This document shows positions 50,821 through 61,307 of a stretch of 64,000 nucleotides of DNA, piece by piece. The position numbers were made by a program, and so were the translations under genes. The notes beneath the pieces were generated by a model. That model was not told the origin of the DNA and did not search any database. It was given only the letters and a program-made list of their open reading frames with translations. The first letter of the stretch is position 1; each line of letters starts with the position of its first letter. This DNA comes from an uncultured delta proteobacterium (GTDB lineage Bacteria > Desulfobacterota > Binatia > Bin18), in NCBI GenBank assembly GCA_963733195.1, contig CAVTCR010000056.1, positions 128,001-192,000 of the forward strand. Direction: 5' to 3'.

Positions 50821-51345
50821 ATGGGCATTCGCGTTCTTGACCCGACGTTTGAAGAATCAACAACGACCAACGCAACCGTGACGGGCTTGAAGTCTCTTGC
50901 TGGCTGCACGGTTGGATTGCTCGACAACAGCAAGATCAAAGTCAAAGAGATTCTTGACTATGCTGAAGAGCTATTGCGGACCCAGCACGGTGTCAAACAG
51001 GTTGTTCGTCTCAAGAAGCCCGATGCCAGCCGACCGGCACCGCCAGAGGTCTTCGCTCAGCTCGCGGCCTGTGATGCGTTCATCTCTGCGGTGGGTGATT
51101 GAGGGAGCTGTTCGTCGTGCAGTTTGCACGATGCACTTTCTGCGGAGAAGCTCGGAGTGACCGCTACTGCGATTATCACTGACCGTTTCTCGCAAACTGC
51201 CCAAGTGATGGCGCAGGTATCCGGGTTCCCGCAATATCGCTTTGCGGTGATTCCCCACCCGATCAGCAACAACAGTGATGACGTTCTCCGCGCAAAGGCT
51301 GAGGCTGCCGTGCAGCAATGTGTGGAGATTCTGCTCAGTCACTGA
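50821..51345 (+). CDS. UGSC-type selenoprotein (174 aa, Sec at codon 94, TGA 51100-51102)
   Basis: ORFs 50821-51102 and 51124-51345 share one frame. Read-through gives AVGD-U-GSCSSCSLHD; a hairpin follows the UGA. Confidence 0.9.
51103..51140 (+). promoter_or_regulatory. bacterial SECIS-like hairpin
   Basis: CGTCGTGCA-GTT-TGCACGATG stem-loop (51113-51133), extendable by GGGAG/CTTTC; G-starting apical loop about 20 nt after the UGA. Confidence 0.75.
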
Positions 51346-51376
51346 AATCTTTTGGAAAACTTATTTCAAGACGAGA

Positions 51377-51510
51377 AACTGGATTCCTGCTGTTGCGAGG
51401 AATGAGCTGGAAATGGGAGGCACATCGTCATGCCCGCCCTTCGACAAGCCCAGGATAAACTGTGGCGGGTATCAAGCTTGCTGAATGCTGACAACTGAGT
51501 GCTGAATACT
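51377..51510. repeat. cluster of REP-like palindromes and TGCTGA heptamer units
   Basis: ggattcctgc..gaggaatga; gtcatgcccgc-ccttcgacaagcccaggataaact-gtggcgggtatc; tgctgaa-tgctgac-aactgag-tgctgaa. Confidence 0.65.
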
Positions 51511-51521
51511 TTCGCTCACGT

Positions 51522-51550
51522 TTGACCGCTTCTGGGAAATCCACTATACC
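51522..51550 (+). promoter_or_regulatory. putative sigma70 promoter of the alaC-hom-thrC operon
   Basis: TTGACC, 17-nt spacer, TATACC. Confidence 0.45.
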
Positions 51551-51623
51551 CTAAGAATACCCTACACGTCTGTGCTCGCCCTGTTGAAAGTGTAGAGACG
51601 AGAGGAGCTTACAGGTAAAAGTT

Positions 51624-52829
51624 ATGGATTTCCCACGCATTAAACGACTTCCCCCGTATTTATTTGCCCAACTCGATAAGATGAAGATCGAGGCACGGCG
51701 AGCAGGGGAAGATATTATCGACTTCGGCATGGGAAACCCTGACCATGCCTCTCCTCCCCATGTGGTAGAAAAGCTGATTGAGGCAGCGAAGAAGCCGCAA
51801 AACCACCGCTATTCGACCTCCCGTGGTATCCATAAACTGCGGCTGGCGATCTGTAATTGGTACAAGCACCGCTTTGGTGTGGAACTCGACCCTGAGAGTG
51901 AAGCGGTTGTCACTATTGGTTCCAAAGAAGGGCTGTCTCATCTTGCCTTGGCGATGCTTGGTCCTGGTGATGTGGCGATCTGTCCGAGCCCGACGTATCC
52001 GATCCATCAATACTCCATTGTCATTGCCAATGCTGATCTGCGTGTAGTTCCCCTTGTGCTGGGCTCTGATTTCTTTGCGTCGTTAGAAGAAACCGTGCGT
52101 CAGTGCTGGCCGCGACCCAAACTCTTGTTGATGAGCTTCCCGCACAATCCGACGACCGCGGTTGTTGATCTCGATTTCTTCCGTCGTGTGGTCGATTTCG
52201 CCAAAGAGAACAATCTGTTTGTCATTCACGATTTCGCCTATGCTGATTTATACTTCGATGGCTACCAGCCACCGAGCTTCCTACAGGTGCCAGGAGCAAA
52301 AGATATCGGTGTTGAGTTTTTTACCTTGTCGAAATCCTATGACATGCCAGGCTGGCGCGTCGGTTTTGTCTGCGGTAACCCCGAGGCTCTAGGCGCACTG
52401 TCGCGACTGAAAAGTTACTTTGACTATGGGATTTTCCAGCCGGTGCAAATTGCCGCCATCCATGCACTCAATGGTCCGCAAGAGTATGTCGAATCTGTGC
52501 GACAACGCTACCGCCGTCGGCGCGATGTCTTGATTGACGGGTTGGATCGGGTTGGCTGGCATATCCCAAAACCTAAAGGCACGATGTTCGTGTGGGCAGA
52601 AATTCCTGAGCAGTTTCGTCATCTCGGTTCGATGAAATTTGCTGAACTCCTTCTGACTGAGGCCAGGGTTTCGGTCTCTCCTGGGATCGGCTTTGGAGAA
52701 TATGGGGATGATTTCGTCCGTTTCGCTTTGATTGAGAACGAACATCGGACGCGGCAAGCTGTGCGTGGTATTCGCAAAGTCATCGGCGGGATAGCAGTCC
52801 CTGAACTCAAGAAAGCTAGCGTAGGATAA
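51624..52829 (+). CDS. alaC: class I/II PLP aminotransferase, AlaC (YfdZ)-type
   Basis: [45 protein letters not shown]; upstream of hom-thrC. Confidence 0.88.
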   Translation: MDFPRIKRLPPYLFAQLDKMKIEARRAGEDIIDFGMGNPDHASPPHVVEKLIEAAKKPQNHRYSTSRGIHKLRLAICNWYKHRFGVELDPESEAVVTIGSKEGLSHLALAMLGPGDVAICPSPTYPIHQYSIVIANADLRVVPLVLGSDFFASLEETVRQCWPRPKLLLMSFPHNPTTAVVDLDFFRRVVDFAKENNLFVIHDFAYADLYFDGYQPPSFLQVPGAKDIGVEFFTLSKSYDMPGWRVGFVCGNPEALGALSRLKSYFDYGIFQPVQIAAIHALNGPQEYVESVRQRYRRRRDVLIDGLDRVGWHIPKPKGTMFVWAEIPEQFRHLGSMKFAELLLTEARVSVSPGIGFGEYGDDFVRFALIENEHRTRQAVRGIRKVIGGIAVPELKKASVG

Positions 52830-52831
52830 CG

Positions 52832-54151
52832 ATGCCAGCGAGAGAGGTGAAGCTCGGCGTAATCGGTCTTGGCACTGTAGGGAGCAGCCTCGTTCAACTT
52901 CTTGAGCGGAATGCTGCCGCTATTACGAAAAAGCTTAGGCGGTCGGTCCGCCTCGTTCACGTTGCCAGTCGCAGCCTCCATACAAAACCTCACCCAGATT
53001 TAGGAACAACCCGAATGAGCACTGACCCATGGGCGGTGGTGCGAGACCCTGATGTTGATCTTGTTGTTGAACTGATGGGTGGTATCGACCCGACCCGGGC
53101 GTTGGTGCTCGAAGCAATCAAGCAGGGGAAAGATGTTGTTACTGCGAATAAAGCCCTGCTTGCCCTCCACGGATCAGAGGTGTTCGTTGCGGCTGAAGCC
53201 AAAGGCGTGTACCTCGGCTTTGAGGCGGCGGTCGCAGGTGGTATCCCCATTATTCGCACCTTGCGCGAGGGACTAGCTGCAGACCACAATCTCGCGCTCT
53301 TCGGCATCGTCAACGGAACCTGCAATTACATTTTGACAACGATGAGTGAGCGCGGTGAGGAATTTGTGACCGTGCTCCGTAGAGCGCAGGAACAGGGGCT
53401 GGCAGAAGCAGATCCTAGCTTTGATATCGATGGGATTGACGCTGCTCACAAACTGACACTCTTAGCAACTTTAGCCTTTGGTGTTCGGGTGCCGTTTGAC
53501 TCGGTGTATATCGAGGGAATTCGCCACATCAGTCAGACCGATATCTCGTTTGCGCAGGAGTTCGGGTATGCAATCAAGCTCCTTGCCATTGCCAAAGACG
53601 AAGACGGTGCGGTCGATGTCCGCGTGCATCCGACCATGATTCCACGAAGCAGTTTACTCGCGGGTGTTGGTGGAGCGTATAATGCGATCTTTGTTCAGGG
53701 TGAGGCTCTTGGGTCGTCATTGTATTTTGGTCGCGGGGCAGGGGGGATGCCCACTGCTTCGGCAGTGTTGGCGGACGTGATTGAAGTCGCTCACAACCGT
53801 ACTGTTGCTAGTGGTGTACGAGTACCACCGTTAGGATATGCATGGAAAGACCTCCGCTCGACGTCCTTCCGGCCTATTGATGATTTGGTGAGTGAATATT
53901 ATTTGCGCTTTATGGCTGTCGATCGGCCTGGAGTGCTAGCCAAGATCGCTGGTATTCTAGGAGAACAGAACATTAGTATTGCCGCGGTTATCCAACAAGA
54001 TAGAGGCAAGGGGGATGAATCTGTCCCGTTGGTGATGCGCACGCATGCTGCCCGAGAGCGGAACCTGAAGGTGGCGTTGAGCCTGGTTGACGAATTGGCC
54101 ATTGTTCAAGGAAAATCAGTTTCAATCCGTATTGAAGAGAATCTAGGATAA
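52832..54151 (+). CDS. hom: homoserine dehydrogenase with C-terminal ACT domain
   Basis: [54 protein letters not shown]. Confidence 0.96.
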   Translation: MPAREVKLGVIGLGTVGSSLVQLLERNAAAITKKLRRSVRLVHVASRSLHTKPHPDLGTTRMSTDPWAVVRDPDVDLVVELMGGIDPTRALVLEAIKQGKDVVTANKALLALHGSEVFVAAEAKGVYLGFEAAVAGGIPIIRTLREGLAADHNLALFGIVNGTCNYILTTMSERGEEFVTVLRRAQEQGLAEADPSFDIDGIDAAHKLTLLATLAFGVRVPFDSVYIEGIRHISQTDISFAQEFGYAIKLLAIAKDEDGAVDVRVHPTMIPRSSLLAGVGGAYNAIFVQGEALGSSLYFGRGAGGMPTASAVLADVIEVAHNRTVASGVRVPPLGYAWKDLRSTSFRPIDDLVSEYYLRFMAVDRPGVLAKIAGILGEQNISIAAVIQQDRGKGDESVPLVMRTHAARERNLKVALSLVDELAIVQGKSVSIRIEENLG

Positions 54152-54180
54152 GACCGAAGAAATTACAGCCTCATATGGCC

Positions 54181-54219
54181 CTCATCTTAACCCTCTCCTG
54201 TGCAATGGGAGAGGGAACA
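54181..54219. repeat. REP-like palindrome CCTCATCTTAACCCTCTCC..GGGAGAGGG
   Basis: Inverted relative of the 38818 element. Confidence 0.7.
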
Positions 54220-54236
54220 GAAACGCGAACAAGACG

Positions 54237-55628
54237 ATGACAGATATCGCATTTTCTGAACGAACGCTTATCCCTTCGGCGGTCCCGCAATTCCGTGCTT
54301 GGTTTGCTTGTGCTGCGGGCTGTAGTGGTGAGTTATCAATTAATCAAATCATCTACTACTGCCCGAAGTGTGGCAGTCTGTTGGATGTCCACCACGATCT
54401 TACTGCGTTGCAGACGCGCTCACCACAGGAATGGAAAAAACTCTTTGACGATCGCTACTGTCGCACTGCTTATCCCTATGGCAGTGGCGTGTGGGGCAAG
54501 AAAGAAATGGTGTGCCCGTCAGTCGAAGATCACAACGTAGTTTCGATGTGCGAAGGAGCCACCAACCTCTTTTGGGCGGAACGTCTCGGCAAGCAAATCG
54601 GCCTCGAAGATCTGTGGGTCAAACAGTGCGGGAACTCGCATACTGGCTCGTTCAAAGACCTTGGCATGACCGTGTTGGTATCAATGGTCAAGCAGATGAT
54701 CTCCGAAGGAACACAGATCCCTGCGGTTGCGTGCGCCTCGACTGGGGATACCTCTGCGGCCCTGGCGGCATACTGTGCCGCCGCGAATATCCCTGCCATT
54801 GTCATCTTGCCGCGCAATAAAGTCTCTACGGCCCAGCTCATCCAACCCATGGCCAACGGAGCGCTGACGCTATCACTCGATACTGACTTCGATGGTTGCA
54901 TGCGCATTGTGCGCGAGCTGTGCACCAAAGAGAACCTCTACCTCGCCAATTCCATGAACAGTCTGCGACTGGAGGGACAGAAGACCATCTCGATTGAAAT
55001 CGTGCAGCAATGTGATTGGGCAGTCCCTGATGTTGTCATTGTTCCAGGCGGCAACCTCGGCAACATCTCTGCCATTGGGCGTGGGTTTCTGTTGATGCGC
55101 GATCTGGGCATGATTGATCGTTTACCGCGCTTGGTGTGTGCGCAAGCCGCTCACGCAAACCCTCTGTACCGCAGTTTTCTGTCCAAATTCGAAAAGTATA
55201 AGCCGATTCGGGCACGAAAAACGTTGGCCTCGGCAATCCAGATCGGCGATCCGGTCAGTATCCATCGAGCGGTGTCCACCTTAAAATCCTTCGACAGTGT
55301 GGTTGAACAAGCAAGTGAAGAAGAATTAGCTGATGCGTCTGCCCTCGCCGATCGGACCGGCCTTTTCAATTGTCCACATACTGGCGTGGCCTTGGCCGTG
55401 CTCTTTAAGTTGTTAGAACGGAAATGGATTCAGTGGCATGAGAAAGTCGTGGTGATTTCGACCGCGCATGGACTGAAATTTACCGATTTCAAGCGTCGCT
55501 ACCACGAAGGCAAACTACCAGGGCTCGCGTCTCGACACGCGAACCGCCCAGTTGAATTGCCTGCGGACTATGGAAAAGCCCGTGATGCGATTTTTCGAGC
55601 GTTGGAACAATATAGGACTGAGCTATGA
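54237..55628 (+). CDS. thrC: threonine synthase
   Basis: [49 protein letters not shown]. Confidence 0.96.
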   Translation: MTDIAFSERTLIPSAVPQFRAWFACAAGCSGELSINQIIYYCPKCGSLLDVHHDLTALQTRSPQEWKKLFDDRYCRTAYPYGSGVWGKKEMVCPSVEDHNVVSMCEGATNLFWAERLGKQIGLEDLWVKQCGNSHTGSFKDLGMTVLVSMVKQMISEGTQIPAVACASTGDTSAALAAYCAAANIPAIVILPRNKVSTAQLIQPMANGALTLSLDTDFDGCMRIVRELCTKENLYLANSMNSLRLEGQKTISIEIVQQCDWAVPDVVIVPGGNLGNISAIGRGFLLMRDLGMIDRLPRLVCAQAAHANPLYRSFLSKFEKYKPIRARKTLASAIQIGDPVSIHRAVSTLKSFDSVVEQASEEELADASALADRTGLFNCPHTGVALAVLFKLLERKWIQWHEKVVVISTAHGLKFTDFKRRYHEGKLPGLASRHANRPVELPADYGKARDAIFRALEQYRTEL

Positions 55629-55742
55629 GGACTGAGGCAGGGTGACAGAAGGGAAAAAGGCGAAATGGCGAAGAGGGGAAACGGGAGAATTTAGGATTTC
55701 TTCTTCGCCTTCCCGTTTCTCCATTCCCCCTTTTCAGCCCTC
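55614..55742. repeat. GGACTGAG heptamer arm over the thrC stop plus an 8-mer purine/pyrimidine hairpin
   Basis: aggactgagctatgaggactgagg; gggaaaaaggcgaaatggcgaagaggggaaacgggagaa ... ttcgccttcccgtttctccattccccc. Confidence 0.75.
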
Positions 55743-55800
55743 TTTGTTGAGTTAGGTACGGCTTGTGGGGAATTGACGGGAACTAACTGGAGGAACAAAC

Positions 55801-57024
55801 ATGAAGTACGTAGTACTCCAAGGTGACGGCATGGCTGACTGGCCAATTGCCGAGCTGGGAAATAAGACTCCACTCGAGTATGCCCGGACACCCAACATGG
55901 ATCGTATCGCCTCACTCGGAGTGTTGGGTCTGACGCATACGATTCCCGATGGCTACCCATCAGGAAGTGATGTCGGGACGATGAGTCTCTTAGGGTATGA
56001 TCCTCGGCGGTATCATACTGGGCGCTCGCCAATCGAGGCCGCCAGTATGGGTGTTGAGCTGAGTCCCACCGACATCGCCTTCCGCTGCAACCTGGTCACA
56101 CTCGGAACTGGTACCAACGGCGAAGAAACGATGGTCGATTTTTCCTCTGGCCATATTACCAGCGAGGAAGCCGCAGAGTTGATCCACACAGTCAATGCGG
56201 AATTGGGCAAGGAAGACATCTCCTTCTATCCGGGAGTGAGTTATCGTCATCTTATGGTTTGGCATGGTGGTAAAGAGAAGATGCAAACCACGCCACCGCA
56301 TGACATCACCGACCAACCGACTGCAGGTCACTTTCCGGCTGGTGAGGGAAGCGAGCGTTTGCTCGATCTTATGCTGCGCTCGCGCGAGATTCTGGCTGCT
56401 CATCCTGTAAACAGGAAACGCCAACAGAATGGTCACAAACCTGCCTCTTCGATTTGGTTGTGGGGACAAGGGCGACGTCCGGCAGTACCAACGATTAAGG
56501 AACGCTTTGGCTGTGACGGCTCGGTGATTTCTGCGGTTGATCTGGTGCGTGGCATTGGTGTGCTGGCGGGATTAGAGGTGATTCTCGTTCCTGGTGCGAC
56601 AGGATTTCTTGATACGAACTACTTGGGCAAGGCTGAGTATGGTCTCGCGGAATTGCGCAAAAAGGATTTCCTCTTCTTACATGTCGAAGCAACTGATGAA
56701 GCTGGGCATATGGGAGCACCAGATAAGAAGGTCCAAGCGCTTGAGGATTTTGATCAGAAAGTCGTCGGGACGATTCTCGACGGATTGCGCGAGTTTCCTG
56801 AATGGCGCGTGTTGGTGATGCCTGATCATGCAACACCGTGTGCGATTAAAACTCATTCATCTGATCCAGTTCCCTTCGCCATTCTCTCCTCGGAAGATAT
56901 GAAACGAGGAGTGCAGAAACCGGTGAGTTATAACGAAACAAGTGCCAAAGGGACCGGGGTTGTTGTCTCTGAAGCCTGGCGGATTCTCGAACATTTCGTT
57001 CGTGGCGAGACTGTTTCTGCCTAA
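55801..57024 (+). CDS. apgM: cofactor-independent phosphoglycerate mutase (ApgM / archaeal type)
   Basis: GDGMAD, KTPLEYARTPNMD, GSDV, GRSPIEA, HVEATDEAGH, PDHATP. Confidence 0.93.
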   Translation: MKYVVLQGDGMADWPIAELGNKTPLEYARTPNMDRIASLGVLGLTHTIPDGYPSGSDVGTMSLLGYDPRRYHTGRSPIEAASMGVELSPTDIAFRCNLVTLGTGTNGEETMVDFSSGHITSEEAAELIHTVNAELGKEDISFYPGVSYRHLMVWHGGKEKMQTTPPHDITDQPTAGHFPAGEGSERLLDLMLRSREILAAHPVNRKRQQNGHKPASSIWLWGQGRRPAVPTIKERFGCDGSVISAVDLVRGIGVLAGLEVILVPGATGFLDTNYLGKAEYGLAELRKKDFLFLHVEATDEAGHMGAPDKKVQALEDFDQKVVGTILDGLREFPEWRVLVMPDHATPCAIKTHSSDPVPFAILSSEDMKRGVQKPVSYNETSAKGTGVVVSEAWRILEHFVRGETVSA

Positions 57025-57047
57025 GAACGATACGGAGGGCGCAGCGT

Positions 57048-58004
57048 ATGGACCGCAATTTAGCTCTGGAAGTGGTGCGTGTTACCGAGGCTGCGGCGTT
57101 AGCTTCTGCGGAATTGATGGGACGAGGAGATGAAGCCGCAACTGACGAAGCCGCTGCGGAAGCAATGCACAAATTGTTTCCTGATGTTGAATTTAACGGA
57201 CGAATTGTCATTGGTGAAGGCGAGTCCGAGTCAATTCCTATGCTCTATATCGGCGAAACGGTAGGAACAGGGAAGGGGCCAGAGATTGAAGTCGCGCTCG
57301 ATGCACTCGAAGGTGCGACCTCCTGTGCGACTGGGGGGCCGAATACGATCTCGGTGGTAGCGATTGCTGAACATGGCGGATTTCTCCGCTGCCCGCAGCA
57401 CGTGTACATGGAAAAGATCGCCGTCGGGCCGGTGGGGAAGGGAGTTATTAATCTCGATAAACCAGTGAAAGAGAACCTTGCGGCATTGGCAGAGGCCAAA
57501 GGCGTTCGGGTCGAGACCTTGACCGTTGTGATTCTCGATCGCCCCCGGCATGAGCAGCTCATCACTGAGTTGCGTCACATCGGTGTGCGGGTCAAACTGA
57601 TTAGCGATGGCGATCTCTCTGCGGCATTGGCCACCACGCGTGAAGACACAGGCATCGATATGCTTGTCGGAACAGGAGGCGCAGCGCAGGGAATTATGGC
57701 GGCTGCCGCGGTGTATTGTTTAGGCGGAGAGATTCAATGCCGTTTCCGACCTCGTAATCAGGAAGAAGCAGATCAACTGCGTCGTATGGAAATTTATGAT
57801 TTTCACAAGAAGTATACGACCGAAGACATGGTGAGTGGGAATGTCATGTTTGCCGCGACCGGCGTAACCACCGGTGAGTATCTGAAAGGTGTACGGTTCT
57901 TTCGTGGTGGTGCGGCGACGAATTCAGTGGTGATGCGTTCCAAGACCCACACCATCCGCTTTATGGAAACTTTCCATCATTTTGATGTGCATCCGGAGTA
58001 TTGA
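57048..58004 (+). CDS. glpX: fructose-1,6-bisphosphatase class II
   Basis: MDRNLALEVVRVTEAAA, VIGEGE, LDRPRH, LISDGD, FAATGVT. Confidence 0.93.
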   Translation: MDRNLALEVVRVTEAAALASAELMGRGDEAATDEAAAEAMHKLFPDVEFNGRIVIGEGESESIPMLYIGETVGTGKGPEIEVALDALEGATSCATGGPNTISVVAIAEHGGFLRCPQHVYMEKIAVGPVGKGVINLDKPVKENLAALAEAKGVRVETLTVVILDRPRHEQLITELRHIGVRVKLISDGDLSAALATTREDTGIDMLVGTGGAAQGIMAAAAVYCLGGEIQCRFRPRNQEEADQLRRMEIYDFHKKYTTEDMVSGNVMFAATGVTTGEYLKGVRFFRGGAATNSVVMRSKTHTIRFMETFHHFDVHPEY

Positions 58005-58005
58005 T

Positions 58006-58788
58006 ATGGCCTATGAGAACATTCTGTTTGAGAAAGAGGGCGCGATTGCAATTCTGACGATCAACCGTCCGAAGAGCCTCAACGCGCTCAACCCGGCTAC
58101 CGTGCGTGAGATTGGTGCATGTGTCGAAGCGATGCGACAAGATTCTGCTATTCGTTGTTTGATCATTACCGGCTCGGGAGACCGTGCATTTGTCGCTGGG
58201 GCGGATATTTCTGCCATGGTGTCGATGAGTGCGACTGAAGGAAAGACCTTCTCCGCGGTCGGGCTTGCTGTTATGCGGTCGTTGGAAACGCTGCCCATTC
58301 CGGTCATTGCTGCGGTCAACGGGTTTGCCCTCGGAGGAGGAACAGAACTCGCTTTGGCGTGTGACTTGATCATCGCGGCTGACAAGGCGAAGTTTGGGCA
58401 ACCAGAAATCAATCTCGGGATTATTCCAGGATTTGGCGGGACGCAACGGCTTGCCCGTCGCATCGGTCTGCCTCGTGCACGTGAGTTGATTTACAGCGGA
58501 GATATGATCGATGCCGAGACCGCACTTCGCTATGGCCTGGCAAATAAAGTTGTGCCACTCGCCGAGCTGATGAATGAGGCCAAAACTTTAGCGCGCAAGC
58601 TTGCCACTAAACCGCCGATTGCGGTGCAACAAGCCAAAGAAGCGATTAACGCTGGTATCGACATGGATCTCGATAATGGCAGTCGTTTCGAGAATGAAGC
58701 CTTTGCGCTCACGTTTTCGACATCCGATAAAGTAGAAGGCATGACCGCATTTCTCGAGAAGCGCGAGGCAAAGTTTACGGGGAAGTGA
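58006..58788 (+). CDS. short-chain enoyl-CoA hydratase (crotonase)
   Basis: INRPKSLNAL, AFVAGADI, AAVNGFALGGG, GQPEINLGIIPGFGGTQRL. ATG 58006 just after the glpX stop. Confidence 0.94.
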   Translation: MAYENILFEKEGAIAILTINRPKSLNALNPATVREIGACVEAMRQDSAIRCLIITGSGDRAFVAGADISAMVSMSATEGKTFSAVGLAVMRSLETLPIPVIAAVNGFALGGGTELALACDLIIAADKAKFGQPEINLGIIPGFGGTQRLARRIGLPRARELIYSGDMIDAETALRYGLANKVVPLAELMNEAKTLARKLATKPPIAVQQAKEAINAGIDMDLDNGSRFENEAFALTFSTSDKVEGMTAFLEKREAKFTGK

Positions 58789-59029
58789 GAGTAATGCGTA
58801 ATCAAAAGGGGTAATGGTGACGTTTTACGCGGTATGCCTCAAGCCTACTGATTGTCCTTCCTTTGATCCAATGCAAAGTTTGTGATGTCCTGCCCTTCTC
58901 CTTGGGCTTTGGTGGCTGCGAGGCCTGCGGCTTGCAGCTTACCGCGACACGCGGCGACCATTGATTCAGAGAGGTCGAGCCCGTGAAAGTAGCCACATCC
59001 ATTCATTTTTTCAGATCAGATGTAATTGT

Positions 59030-59725
59030 TCAGCGATGTGTATTCACACCTACTTGGCGGCACATATCGAGGACCGGACACGTCGAGCAACGAGGTAGAC
59101 GCCCGGTACAGATATGCTTACCGAACGGGACGAGTAGACGATTAATTTCTATCCAATAAGAGCGCGGCAGAATTTCTGCGAGCCTAGCCGCTGTCTTTTC
59201 CGGAGTCGGCGTATTTACATACCCCCAGCGATTCGTGACACGGTGTACGTGGATATCGACAGCGATGCTCGGTTGATCACAAGCGATGCCAAGGACGAGG
59301 TTGGCGCACTTCGGACCAACGCCGTGAAAGGAGAGAAGCACTGCCGACTCGCAAGGCAGAACGCCATCATGTTCCTTGACAATGCGGCGAGCGATCTCGT
59401 GGATCTGTCGCGCTTTCGCTTCATGAAAAGTGCAGGCGCGAATGTGTTCATCAATCTCCGCGACGGGCGAGCGACTCATTTCAAGCGGGGTACGGGCCAG
59501 GGCAAATAGACGACGCGCCGTCGGTAACGTCACTTCATCGAGAGTGCGGATAGAAATGATGCAGGCGATAAGCTGTTCAAAGAGCGAGCGAAAACCTGCT
59601 TCAGCTAGGTCAAAAAGCGCCGCTTTAGGGAATGGGCGGATCGCCTCGCGGATGTGAAGGATCGCTTGGTCGATATCGAACGGGCGCTTATCGGGAGCAA
59701 TCGAATCTTTGCCCAGTTTTCCCAT
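59030..59725 (-). CDS. nth: endonuclease III (HhH-GPD, 4Fe-4S)
   Basis: LIACIISIRT, GVGPKCANL, VDIHVHRV, C-x6-C-x2-C-x5-C. Start placed at ATG 59725. Confidence 0.93.
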   Translation of the reverse strand: MGKLGKDSIAPDKRPFDIDQAILHIREAIRPFPKAALFDLAEAGFRSLFEQLIACIISIRTLDEVTLPTARRLFALARTPLEMSRSPVAEIDEHIRACTFHEAKARQIHEIARRIVKEHDGVLPCESAVLLSFHGVGPKCANLVLGIACDQPSIAVDIHVHRVTNRWGYVNTPTPEKTAARLAEILPRSYWIEINRLLVPFGKHICTGRLPRCSTCPVLDMCRQVGVNTHR

Positions 59726-60072
59726 ATCAACAATCCAGCACAGGTCTGAATGAACGGCAAGGGAGAAGACGTTCAGAAGAGCACAGCTGTTTGCTGACTC
59801 CTCTTCCTTTTCGTTCAATGAATTCAACAACATCCCTTATTCCCCAACCCAACAGCAGGACGAACTACTCGACGCGACCCACGCGTGAAGTGGCTGGCCT
59901 TGAGCGGTAACCTTCGCTGGGACACGGCACCGGGGAACGTACTGCTATTGGTTCAGTGTCTTCTTCCACCCCTACCGTGCTTAAGATGATATCGTCCATG
60001 GCGTCCGCCGCTAGAAAGACCCGGAAATCTCGCATAGACTAACAAGCAGAAGAGTAAAGAAAGGCATCAAAC

Positions 60073-60306
60073 ATGCGAGCCGTAGAAGTGATCGGTACCG
60101 TGGATGCACAGCATCAGATCCAAGCCTCAGTTCCCGCCGAAGTCCCGCAAGGACCGGTGCGGCTGATTGTGTTGATTCCAGAAGAAGCAGTGACAACGGA
60201 TGCGCTTACGGCAGCGATGAATGTAGTGTGTGCTGAAGTGGACACAAGACTGGAGCCCGCGTTCCAGGAAGCGACCCGCCGGGTATTGGAACGGAGTGAA
60301 TGGTAA
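60073..60306 (+). CDS. putative antitoxin of the PemK/MazF toxin
   Basis: 77 aa ending ..RRVLERSEW; overlaps the toxin start. Confidence 0.75.
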   Translation: MRAVEVIGTVDAQHQIQASVPAEVPQGPVRLIVLIPEEAVTTDALTAAMNVVCAEVDTRLEPAFQEATRRVLERSEW

Positions 60307-60643
60307 ACCACCAAGGAGACGTGTGGTGGGCGGAATTGCCGGAGCAAACTGGTTCGGGGCCGGGATTTCGGCGACCCGTCTTGATCGTCCAAGGAGAAGC
60401 ACTCAACCGTAGCCGTCTTGCTACTGTGGTATGCGTACCCTTGACCAGTAATTTACGTTGGGCCACAGCACCGGGAAATGTACTCCTGTTGGCGCAGCAT
60501 ACAGGTCTTGCCAAAGACTCTGTAGCCAACGTCTCGCAAATCCTCGCACTGGACCGTAGCGTATTGACCGAGCTGGTCGGTCAAATCCCCTCTCCTCAGC
60601 TAGAGGTGTGTTGAAAGGCATCGAGACCATCCTACGGCGATAA
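60300..60643 (+). CDS. PemK/MazF family endoribonuclease toxin (~114 aa); one base missing near 60607
   Basis: QGDVWWAELP..GSGPGFRRPVLIVQ, VPLTSN, PGNV, GLAKDSVANVSQI. Terminal helix VLKGIETILRR lies in the shifted frame. Confidence 0.9.
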
Positions 60644-60960
60644 AGCAAACATCACCAAAGATGAGTGATCACGTAGCGAAGCAATCTCACTGGTTGTAAA
60701 AATCGAGGTGCTGTTCTTCGCCGTTTGCTGATTTTGAGCACTGGCGAACAAGTCGCCAGTGGCACCTGGCGCTTGTTCCGCTGAATATCTCGGAATGACG
60801 CTATTCTCCATTTTGTCCTTCTTTTCTTGTTGTTCTCCATTCATCTTCTGCGTTCATCATTTCTTGATGAGCCAGCCGTCTGTGGCACCTGGCGTTCTAT
60901 CGTAGGGTCGAATGAGAAAGCATGCTGTTACGGACTTAAATCCGTGTAGTCGTCTTGACC

Positions 60961-61002
60961 TTGTCTGCGCCGACTGGTCCAGTACATAATAGTCTGAGAC
61001 TA
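60961..61002 (+). promoter_or_regulatory. putative promoter with two palindromic operators upstream of the DUF433-PIN pair
   Basis: TTGTCT..18..CATAAT overlapped by ACTGG-t-CCAGT and TAGTCT-g-AGACTA. Confidence 0.5.
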
Positions 61003-61019
61003 GCCTCAAGGAGCATAGG

Positions 61020-61307
61020 GTGATGGCTGAACTTGTCAAAGAAACTGTCGGCGGAGAGCCCTACCAATATTATCCACTGGGCGAGTACGTTGTGCGGGCG
61101 GTAGGCGTGTGTGGGGGCCGTCCAACGTTCAAATACACTCGGATTGAAATTACCGGAACGCTTGAGCGGTTGGCGGCGGGCGAACCAATTGACGACATTG
61201 TCACAGGCTATCGAGGTCGAGTCTGTCATGCCGCCATTCGAGAAGCGGTTCGGTTAATGACGGCTCAATTTCTTAGCACTTTGCCTGAATTAGAACCGGC
61301 GCAATGA
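61020..61307 (+). CDS. DUF433-domain antitoxin-like protein
   Basis: GVCGGRPTFKYTRI..LAAGEPIDDIV..AIREA; ATGA overlap with the next gene. Confidence 0.88.
   Translation: MMAELVKETVGGEPYQYYPLGEYVVRAVGVCGGRPTFKYTRIEITGTLERLAAGEPIDDIVTGYRGRVCHAAIREAVRLMTAQFLSTLPELEPAQ

Noticed and set aside
60632-60940. Short minus-strand ORFs with repeated PGAT (gtggcacctggcg twice), vaguely like an AhpD N-terminus
   Set aside because: No CxxC or continuing homology; ends in a REP-like fragment; at most a remnant.
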